Positions 32,020 to 39,974 of a stretch of 64,000 nucleotides of DNA are shown piece by piece. A program made the translations under genes and the position numbers. Position 1 is the first letter of the stretch. Every line of letters starts with the position of its first letter. The notes under the pieces were generated by a model that saw only the letters and a program-made list of their open reading frames with translations, made no database searches and was not told the origin of the DNA. This stretch comes from a virus (Duplodnaviria > Caudoviricetes), in IMG/VR virus record IMGVR_UViG_3300043010_000145; one strand, given 5' to 3'.

Positions 32020-32475
32020 GTGAAAAATTTTTGGAAAATCCTGATTGCCATAATCGTTCTAGTATTAGTATTTGTATTTACTGTCTGGACACCGCTGTTT
32101 CATCAAGATAAAGTTGTTAATACAACCAATCACAGCATGTATGTAATTGTAAAGATTGATGATGCAGAAGAATTAACAGACAACTGGCTGGAATTATCGG
32201 ACGGCAGATATGTGTATGCACAGAACGGACAGCCTTGGCAAGTAGCATCGGATGAAGAAGTAGATATTACCAAAGTATCTCTTGCAGGCACTACATCTTC
32301 ATACACGGTATACGGTATGAAAGACTATGAGGAAACGGATATTATCCACAATGACGAAACCGAAATCGAATACTCTAAGGAGTTTGGTAAGCGAGTTACC
32401 ACTTATAAAATTGTAGAATCTAATTCCCTTACTTTTGGCAAGAATGCTACCGAAACAGATTCCGCCGATGACTAA
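32020..32475 (+). CDS. Membrane-anchored extracellular hypothetical protein
   Basis: GTG after GAGG; N-terminal TM, acidic body and a downstream terminator. Confidence 0.75.
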   Translation: MKNFWKILIAIIVLVLVFVFTVWTPLFHQDKVVNTTNHSMYVIVKIDDAEELTDNWLELSDGRYVYAQNGQPWQVASDEEVDITKVSLAGTTSSYTVYGMKDYEETDIIHNDETEIEYSKEFGKRVTTYKIVESNSLTFGKNATETDSADD

Positions 32476-32542
32476 AAAAAAGCAAGCAGCTACGCTGCTT
32501 GCTTTTTTCTTCTCGGTCTTTTGCCAGTATAGAACAAAGTCA

Positions 32543-32633
32543 GGAAACATCCCCCGCCCGTGCGGGGCAAATAGGCCTTGTACAGATTGCATACTTTTAG
32601 CATAGGAAACATCCCCGCCCGTGCGGGGCTAAT
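32543..32633 (-). CRISPR. Cas-less type I-E-like mini-array: 2 repeats and 1 spacer
   Basis: The minus-strand repeat ATTAG-CCCCGC-ACGG-GCGGGG-ATGTTTCC (29 nt, 32633-32605) has the 5+6+4+6+8 layout of I-E repeats. A second copy lies at 32572-32543 (30 nt). The spacer is 32 nt (32573-32604). Confidence 0.8.
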
Positions 32634-32799
32634 AAATTCCACTGGCAACTAAACAAGTAAAGCATTGCAGTAAACGTGCACTTTTACTGACCTATATCAT
32701 TTGCTAGCTTTAAATGATGTAGGATTTCCCTGCATATGCTCACTTGATTGTTTCTTGCATAAGCAACATAATGTATAATGCTTTTACTTGTATGATTAA

Positions 32800-32827
32800 A
32801 GTATACCACTAAAATTACAATAAGCAA
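32800..32827 (-). promoter_or_regulatory. Sigma-A promoter facing the mini-array (leader ~160 nt)
   Basis: TTGCTT-16 nt-TATACT with an extended TG on the minus strand. No ORF lies between it and the array. Confidence 0.6.
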
Positions 32828-33622
32828 GAAGAATATGAAAGTTTAGCTAAATTTTTTCAGTACATTTTAAGCAAAAGCACAGTTTTCAACTGTACTCCTT
32901 TTCTTCTTTCTTTTTTCTCTCTTTGCTCTCTTTTACAGTACTCTATTTTTGTACCGAATGCAATTTTACAAAAAAAGACCTTATCCTAGTCGATAAGATT
33001 AGTTCAAATAATAAGCATCAGATACTTCTTTAACGATTTCTCGTACAGATTGCATACTTTTCGTGTAGCTATACGGATTATGCACCAAGCTGAAACTCTG
33101 CTTTCCGTGTAGTTTTAAGGTATGCCCAACCATTTTCTCTAAGGTTTTTCTTTCCTTTTGCATACCGTTGTCATCACCATACAACACATCTTCTTTTACA
33201 GCTTGCATGGTTTTCTCAAAGTACTTTGCATTTTCAGCTTGCTGAAAATGTTCTTCTAATGTAAGAAGTTTTGCAAAACCTTTCTCTAAATGTATGAGCT
33301 GTCCTTTGAGAACTTTTGCGGCTGCTTCATTCAGATTGGTTAAATCGTAACTTCCGCTAGTTTCTTTGTAAACTCCTTCGTATTGCTCCTTGCTTACATT
33401 TCTATTTACAGGCAAGAAATAGCGGCCAGTAGTAGTTTCCAGAACGACTTTAATGGGGTATTGTTCTTCAATTTCTTTTGTAGTAGTTAGCATCAAATTC
33501 CTCTAACTCCTTTCTTTAAGTAATAATAAACTAATTACATATAATATGCAAGAAGAATATTAAAGTTTAGCTAAATTTTTCAGTACATTTTAAGCAAAAA
33601 GCACAGTTTTTCAACTGTGCTT
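32824..33622. repeat. ~72-bp direct repeat pair (32824-32895 and 33548-33620): terminator plus promoter-upstream module
   Basis: GCAAGAAGAATAT.AAAGTTTAGCTAAATTTTT(T)CAGTACATTTTAAGCAAAA(A)GCACAGTTTT(T)CAACTGT occurs twice. Confidence 0.9.
32999..33496 (-). CDS. Hypothetical protein containing a partial protospacer match to the adjacent mini-array
   Basis: 165-aa ORF with an AAAGGAG/GAGG RBS and a TTGCAT-17-TATTAT promoter (33551-33523). Confidence 0.8.
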   Translation of the reverse strand: MMLTTTKEIEEQYPIKVVLETTTGRYFLPVNRNVSKEQYEGVYKETSGSYDLTNLNEAAAKVLKGQLIHLEKGFAKLLTLEEHFQQAENAKYFEKTMQAVKEDVLYGDDNGMQKERKTLEKMVGHTLKLHGKQSFSLVHNPYSYTKSMQSVREIVKEVSDAYYLN

Positions 33623-33655
33623 CTTCCTATATTTCTATTCTTCCGTTCTTTTATC

Positions 33656-33895
33656 TTATGTGTTCTTCACTTTTCGAATCTTCTTAATATCAATACCATT
33701 GATACAGAAACCATACTGATTGCTTAAAGAATCTACAATATCATCATAATCATAGTATTGCTCTAATTCTTCTTTGGATTCTGCTTCCAATCGAACTTTT
33801 ACAGTTTCAGGTAATCCTAACTCCTTAGAAGACATTTCTTCTTCATAATCTTCGGATGTATCCCAATCAACATATAATGTTACATCGTATTCTAT
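33656..33895 (-). CDS. Small acidic hypothetical protein (not in the ORF track; start uncertain, possibly lost)
   Basis: Open frame 'IEYDVTLYVDWDTSED...LGLPETV...IVDSLSNQYGFCINGI'. A strong AAGGAAGGAG lies upstream, but no canonical start sits at normal spacing. Confidence 0.5.
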   Translation of the reverse strand: MEYDVTLYVDWDTSEDYEEEMSSKELGLPETVKVRLEAESKEELEQYYDYDDIVDSLSNQYGFCINGIDIKKIRKVKNT

Positions 33896-34025
33896 ATATC
33901 TTTTCTTTACTCCTTCCTTTCACTTTTTCTTATCCTTCCTCTTTCTTCTACCGCCTTTATCCTTTCAGAAAATCAACGGATACTCGCACAAAATAAAGAA
34001 AACACATATACCTTTCGAAAGTGAG

Positions 34026-36182
34026 GTGCATGGTAAATTGTTTGTCATAAGTATATTGTGCGGTATTATCGCTATAATATTAACTTTAATTTCTTGGTCA
34101 CTTCGACTTCTTGCATCAGGAGTAAAGATTACGAATAATGTTATTCGTTATAAAAGACATAAATATGCACAACGTGATACACTGGATGATGTTGTAGATG
34201 GCACATCAGCACTTATTAAATTGTTTTCAAAGATAATTCTAATTTTCCGAAACATATTAGCAGGAATCGCAGGTTTTGGTGGTACCTTGACAACTTTAGT
34301 TGTATTGCTTGTTGTGGCTGCCGTATCTGCTTATAGTGTCGTTCTAGCAGATGACTTGCAGACCGCCGTGGATTCCACCAGTGATACGTCAGATACCTGC
34401 TCTAATGCTAAGGCAGTAGGAGGGTATTGGGAAGAGCTAGACGTTTGCTATACAAAAGATGACGTACAAAAAATAAATACACCATTAGAGGATATATCTT
34501 TAACAACTAGTGACCAGTATAAATTGATACATGAAGACCCGAATTTTTCCGTGGATGAGTATGGTTTAGCTAGATTATATGATGAAGATTTAGACATTTA
34601 TTTTTTTGGAATTGCATGGAGTTATACGTATAATGCAGGTATTGGAGAAAAATACAGGGTTACTTTGGAAAAAGAGGACGGTTCCACAAATTATGTATAT
34701 GTGTTTATGCTTGATTTACGCAGAATGGAAGATTCTAGACCGGATGATAATGAAAAGTATAAATGGTGCTATAACAAGTATAGTGCTATAATGGAATTTT
34801 ATGTTGACAGAGCTACATATTATAAAAACTTTCCGGAAGTAGTAAATGACCCATCTAAGGATTTAACACAAATCAATTACGAGAGGGATATTGATGAAGA
34901 CCATATGTTTGCAGGCCCTATTGTTAAAATAGAACATTATTTAGGTATAGATGGTTCAGGTGACTCATTGGATGATATTCGTAAGGGCAATACAGAGTTC
35001 AACCGTGTAGAAGCAGAAGTTATTAAGTCTAAATATGCAGACGGAAAAACAACAAAGTCTACAAGTAAGAGTTGCGAGAAGTCTAGTACTATTAATTCAG
35101 TTGACGGCAGAATTATTTGGGTTGGGGATTCTAGAACAGTTGGTCTAGAGTCTGGCTGTAAATATAATGGTCAATGGGATGATGATAAAGATATTGCATT
35201 TGGTATAATTAGTGGTACTTATTCTTCATTTACAGGGGACCTACCCAATATTAATGCCATATTAGAATCTGGTGATACTATTGTTATAAATTATGGCGTA
35301 AATGACTTATGGGATGCTGATTTGTATATCGAGAAATTAAATGAATTAGCAGAAGGTGATTGGAAAGGTCATGATATCATTTTTATGTCTGTAAATCCTC
35401 TGGTGTATGATTTGTATAAAGCGAATTACACCGCGAGTACGTATACGGAGAATAGTGTTGCTGATTTTAATGAGCAGATGAAAGAAGGCTTAGCTAGTAG
35501 TATTACTTATTTAGATACATATACCTATATAAATGAAGATATTGCTGATATTTCTAGAATAGAAGCAAAAGATGGTTTGCATTGGAGTACAGCTTCCAAT
35601 GAAGATGGTGAGTACCCTTACCAAGTCTACGGCTATCTCTACGATGCTGTCCGAGCAGGCAAAGGTACGGTTGTTACCCGTGGTGTAGATAATATCAACA
35701 TTGATTTCAGCAATCGTTTCTACACTTATAACACAGATGGTGTTTACGGTTCTCCATCTGGACAAACTGTAACAGGTACAGCAACATTACCAGAATCTTA
35801 TTCCAGTACGGCATATGCATCAGGCAGAGCTTGGGAAGTTTTAAATTATGAAGGAACAGACCCAATGCCAACGAAATGGGTGCAGCAAGCATTAGATAAC
35901 CAAGAGTTATCTTGGTCAGACGGTTCTGCATGGGACGGTGAAGTATCTTTAACAACACCATTATATAATTCGATTCTCTTATATACTGTAGATGGTGAAG
36001 CACATGCTGCTTTCGTGGAAAATATAGTTGGTGGTTCCAATATACTTCTTTCTTGGACTTCAGAAAAAGAAGAAGTTGGTTACGGTTTCAACAACAAATG
36101 GTATGATTCCGTAGATGATTTTCTTAAAGAACAAAATGGAACATTGGTTTGCTATCTGAAGCCAAATGAAGATGGTAGGTGA
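34026..36182 (+). CDS. Membrane-anchored multidomain cell-wall enzyme: unknown domain + SGNH hydrolase + degenerate CHAP-like domain (VirB1-like position)
   Basis: N-terminal TMs; SGNH blocks 'WVGDSR', 'YGVND' and 'DGLH'; CHAP-like 'SSTAYASGRAWE...HAAFVE'. Confidence 0.7.
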   Translation: MHGKLFVISILCGIIAIILTLISWSLRLLASGVKITNNVIRYKRHKYAQRDTLDDVVDGTSALIKLFSKIILIFRNILAGIAGFGGTLTTLVVLLVVAAVSAYSVVLADDLQTAVDSTSDTSDTCSNAKAVGGYWEELDVCYTKDDVQKINTPLEDISLTTSDQYKLIHEDPNFSVDEYGLARLYDEDLDIYFFGIAWSYTYNAGIGEKYRVTLEKEDGSTNYVYVFMLDLRRMEDSRPDDNEKYKWCYNKYSAIMEFYVDRATYYKNFPEVVNDPSKDLTQINYERDIDEDHMFAGPIVKIEHYLGIDGSGDSLDDIRKGNTEFNRVEAEVIKSKYADGKTTKSTSKSCEKSSTINSVDGRIIWVGDSRTVGLESGCKYNGQWDDDKDIAFGIISGTYSSFTGDLPNINAILESGDTIVINYGVNDLWDADLYIEKLNELAEGDWKGHDIIFMSVNPLVYDLYKANYTASTYTENSVADFNEQMKEGLASSITYLDTYTYINEDIADISRIEAKDGLHWSTASNEDGEYPYQVYGYLYDAVRAGKGTVVTRGVDNINIDFSNRFYTYNTDGVYGSPSGQTVTGTATLPESYSSTAYASGRAWEVLNYEGTDPMPTKWVQQALDNQELSWSDGSAWDGEVSLTTPLYNSILLYTVDGEAHAAFVENIVGGSNILLSWTSEKEEVGYGFNNKWYDSVDDFLKEQNGTLVCYLKPNEDGR

Positions 36183-37267
36183 CGTATTTGGCAAGAGATT
36201 ACAGTGGCGTTTTTAAACCAAGACCTGATTCAACTCGTTTGAGTTTACCAATTACAATGGATTACAAAGGTGGCAGAGCAGAGAAAACCAAGAACCGAGT
36301 ATTATGGGTTCTTGGCTGGATAGCAGTTACCTGTGTTATCTGTTTTGGTTTATTAACATCAAAAGATGGAACTTTTTTAGTAAAATTAGTACGAGCAATT
36401 GCGGTATCTTTCATATCAATAACAATACTTCGTTTTGGTTATTTAGATGAGGGGAAACTACGAAATGAGGAAATAAAGCTGCAAGATTCAGATTATCAAG
36501 TAGGAACATATGCCACATGGGGAATCTTAACCGTGCGGGAAAACATTCAAGGAATACCTATTTGTCAGTATAGGAATGGCCGCTCGGGTGTATTCGTTCG
36601 TATGGAAAAGAATGTATTCAAGGGTGATAAATCCGCTTCTAAATTCAGGCATAGGGAAGCAGTTGGAAACTTTTTCAATTTGCTTGCCCGCACACCAGAT
36701 TTGAAAGTTTCTCATATAGATATGATGGATTTTGTTGGTAGTGATGAGCGAATTGACCTAGCTATTGAAAGTACCAAGAAGTGTTCCAACCCATTGTTGA
36801 AGAAATGGGTATATACGATATACAGAAAGCTTAAAGAAGATTCTCAATATGAAATTTATGCCAGCGATATATTTATCTTCACATGGACAGGAAACAATGA
36901 TTTGAATATGCAGACCGTGCAAAATGCATTAGGTTTTTTGCAGCAGAATGCAGGCTATATTGGGTATGAATATATGGGTATGGCTGAGTTAGGTGAGTTG
37001 TACAAAGTATTATTCAATGTTGTAGATTTTGATACAACAAGAGCATGCACCTTGGCACAAGGTGAGATTGGAAATATGGGTATCACACCGTTGAAAGTTA
37101 TACATGGCAACGGCGGTGTAGACGTAATAAATTTAAGCAGAGAAGAAAAATTGCAACAAAGAGATAAAGAATCAATGCGTTCTACACAAGGGTATAACGG
37201 GCCAGTGGATACTATGTATTTACGAGACAAACATCAGGACGATATGCCTGATAGTTTTGAAATTTAA
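36179..37267 (+). CDS. Two-TM membrane protein with a cytoplasmic domain (PrgI/TcpE/VirB3-like by architecture)
   Basis: N-terminal TM hairpin; lies upstream of the VirB4-like gene in the same operon. Confidence 0.5.
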   Translation: MTYLARDYSGVFKPRPDSTRLSLPITMDYKGGRAEKTKNRVLWVLGWIAVTCVICFGLLTSKDGTFLVKLVRAIAVSFISITILRFGYLDEGKLRNEEIKLQDSDYQVGTYATWGILTVRENIQGIPICQYRNGRSGVFVRMEKNVFKGDKSASKFRHREAVGNFFNLLARTPDLKVSHIDMMDFVGSDERIDLAIESTKKCSNPLLKKWVYTIYRKLKEDSQYEIYASDIFIFTWTGNNDLNMQTVQNALGFLQQNAGYIGYEYMGMAELGELYKVLFNVVDFDTTRACTLAQGEIGNMGITPLKVIHGNGGVDVINLSREEKLQQRDKESMRSTQGYNGPVDTMYLRDKHQDDMPDSFEI

Positions 37268-37332
37268 CGTTTAAGTGCAAGTTTGTTGTACTTAAATAGC
37301 TATGCAATCCCTATAGAAAGGAAAATTATACT

Positions 37333-38652
37333 ATGAGAATAATGATATCTTTTGGTAAGAATACTGAAACTATTGTGCAAACACTGGCACATGAGTTGCC
37401 AGGTAATTCATATTATACGTATACAGGCGTAAAAACGTTTATTGAAAGCGACCAAAGCTATAATGAACGTATTGACCGTATTTTGATTGTGCCTGATTTT
37501 TTTAGAAATGTGCAAGTAGAGCTGCAAGAGTTGTATAACTATATTGCAAATGCAAGTTCTGCAACGGAAATTGTTGTGTTTTTAGTCCGTCAACGACAAA
37601 AGGATATGTCATTTATAGATTACTTCAATAATATCTTTATTGGACAGAACTATGCCATTTATTGTTCAGATGGAAATTTAGCAAAAGAAACATTAGTTTC
37701 TTTTGCAAGCAATACAACACTTACAGAGTTAAGAAATCGGTTTGCAGAGTTCATTATTGAGAATCCAATGAATCAAAACCAAAATATGGATAATATGAAC
37801 AATGGAAATCCACAAATGTATCCAAATCAAGTTCCGAATAGTAATATGAATATGGGGAATGTGGGCGTTATGCCTATGGATATGCAGAATCCTATTTCAC
37901 CTTCACAATGGAATTCTGAAATTCCGCAAGGAAACCCACAACCAATGTATAACAATGCACCTATGCCACCTATGCAGGAACAAGATGAGCAGATTTTGCC
38001 TATGGAAATGCAGACAAATCGTAAGGTAGTTATCTTTATTGGTGATTATGCAAGCGATTGGCATTATAATGCTGCTACTCTTGCTTTAACTGCAAATTGC
38101 AACAAAGTACTGATGGTTGATTTAGATGACGAGTATAATTATTTGCTAGGTGCTATCGGAACTGAGAAGTTCTTCAATCAAGGTCAAGAAAAAGGAATTA
38201 CTCGTTTACAGGCATTTGAAGAAGACAGAAAAGTTTCCGTTATGAGTAATGGTTACGGGTATAAAGTTACAAATAGTGACGTGGATAATTTAGTGAATCA
38301 GGTTGTCTTGAATAGCTATGCCAATGAAGATATTTATGACTTATATATTTTTGTATGCCCGCTCCACCGTATGAATTTGTTAAGTACTAAGCTAGTGGAA
38401 AGCAGTGATGTACGATTCATTGTACGTGGTGTACGAGAATCATTATTTGCTTTTGCACATGATTTGACAAATCGAAATATTGTTTCTGGACAGTTGGAAG
38501 ATATGTTATTCCGTAACGGCAGGGTATTTATTGTAACAGATAATGTAACGAACCCTGAAATTTTTGAAGAAGATAAAGCCTTGATGCATAAGTATGTGTA
38601 TTTCCCAAGAAACGATTGGTATTCTAAGTTTGAATATGTTCATAAAGGATAG
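37333..38652 (+). CDS. Hypothetical protein with an N/M/P/Q-rich linker and a degenerate MinD/ParA/CpaE-like domain
   Basis: 'KVVIFIG...AATLAL...KVLMVDLD' is present but the Walker A GKT is absent. Confidence 0.5.
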   Translation: MRIMISFGKNTETIVQTLAHELPGNSYYTYTGVKTFIESDQSYNERIDRILIVPDFFRNVQVELQELYNYIANASSATEIVVFLVRQRQKDMSFIDYFNNIFIGQNYAIYCSDGNLAKETLVSFASNTTLTELRNRFAEFIIENPMNQNQNMDNMNNGNPQMYPNQVPNSNMNMGNVGVMPMDMQNPISPSQWNSEIPQGNPQPMYNNAPMPPMQEQDEQILPMEMQTNRKVVIFIGDYASDWHYNAATLALTANCNKVLMVDLDDEYNYLLGAIGTEKFFNQGQEKGITRLQAFEEDRKVSVMSNGYGYKVTNSDVDNLVNQVVLNSYANEDIYDLYIFVCPLHRMNLLSTKLVESSDVRFIVRGVRESLFAFAHDLTNRNIVSGQLEDMLFRNGRVFIVTDNVTNPEIFEEDKALMHKYVYFPRNDWYSKFEYVHKG

Positions 38653-38654
38653 AG

Positions 38655-39929
38655 GTGGTTTCCATGACATTCATTGTAACAACATTGAATAGGGTATATG
38701 GGCCACGATACAAAACATATCAAACAATTGAAGATGCACTCGAGCATATAAATGATGAACCATCCATTGATTTAATCTACCATAGAGCTATTGATGAGGA
38801 AACTGTGCCGTTAAGCAGTATCTTTAACTTAATCAAGAAAGCGAATAGGTGCTGGTATATTCATACAAAGGAAACAATGGATATGCGTATTCGTTTACTT
38901 ATGCATGGAAAAGGCGGAAAGATAATCAGTGATGAACTGTTTCTTGATAATGATACCGCTTTAGCAGATATTGAGAATTATGAAGATGCTGCTGATGGAA
39001 GCCATGATTTGCTTTTAACTATTTGCGATAAAGTAAATGCGGGTTTTACTATTGAAAGAGCTTATGCAATGCTTATAACAGATACTGCAAAAGATTTAAT
39101 TGTTCAAAATCAAACAATTAAAGATGATACAGAAAAGGAATGTAAGGCTGCATTTGATATTGTTAGTGAATTATTAAGTAAGAATTTTACATCACAGCAA
39201 GTTAGTCCACCAAATCAGGAATTTGTGCCAACGAATAATTCCAATACGTCCAATGAACAAGATGTTTATTCTGTTACAGATGTTACTCGCTCACGTATTT
39301 TGCCTGCTAGGGCTGCATATGAAAAGAAGAAATATAGCCTATTTCTAGTAAAAGATTTAGACCGTGTACAATATTTGACTACATTTATGCTTGGTTTGCA
39401 GTTTTATTTAATCAATGTATTAAAAATTAAGACAAGAATTGTTTTTATTGAAAATGTAGGCGAATTAGCCAAGATGAGGTATCCAGAAGGGTATTGGATT
39501 ACGTCTGAAAATCATAATACCGTAAGTATTACAAAAAATAGAGATATTATTCTATTGAATTTTCCAGATACTCGTTTGATTAAAACTATTATAGAAGACC
39601 CGAAATATAGATGTACCGTGATTGTGGATAGAACAACTTATACAACAAGGCATATTGTACAAACAGCTTATGAAAGTTCTGTTTATTATGCAGTACAGGA
39701 GTCTGCCTCTTTAAATATGATAAGACCAACTATTCCGTTAAATCGTGTTATTACCGCTAATGGCTTGATTAAAGATGCGGCTGTAACTGTGCGGTATGAT
39801 TCAGGATTTAGCAATACAAATAATCTTGCTGAAAAATGCTCATATTATATGGGAAGATATGCAAATGAATATAATAAATTAGTGCATGAATGTGGTAGCA
39901 TTAAAGACTATGTAATTGGTTTCAAATAA
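38655..39929 (+). CDS. Hypothetical protein in the transfer operon
   Basis: 424-aa ORF tightly coupled to its neighbours. Confidence 0.75.
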   Translation: MVSMTFIVTTLNRVYGPRYKTYQTIEDALEHINDEPSIDLIYHRAIDEETVPLSSIFNLIKKANRCWYIHTKETMDMRIRLLMHGKGGKIISDELFLDNDTALADIENYEDAADGSHDLLLTICDKVNAGFTIERAYAMLITDTAKDLIVQNQTIKDDTEKECKAAFDIVSELLSKNFTSQQVSPPNQEFVPTNNSNTSNEQDVYSVTDVTRSRILPARAAYEKKKYSLFLVKDLDRVQYLTTFMLGLQFYLINVLKIKTRIVFIENVGELAKMRYPEGYWITSENHNTVSITKNRDIILLNFPDTRLIKTIIEDPKYRCTVIVDRTTYTTRHIVQTAYESSVYYAVQESASLNMIRPTIPLNRVITANGLIKDAAVTVRYDSGFSNTNNLAEKCSYYMGRYANEYNKLVHECGSIKDYVIGFK

Positions 39930-39974
39930 TATGGTAGTTTACTACATATGTCTTTTCTGTATTTTAGATAGGAA

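Noticed and set aside
32299-32592. 97-aa minus-strand ORF starting in the spacer
   Set aside because: It runs through a CRISPR repeat and a terminator and overlaps a better gene on the other strand.
32720-32742. Possible third degenerate CRISPR repeat (GGATTTCCCTGCATATGC)
   Set aside because: Only half a hairpin, and not at a multiple of the ~61-nt period.
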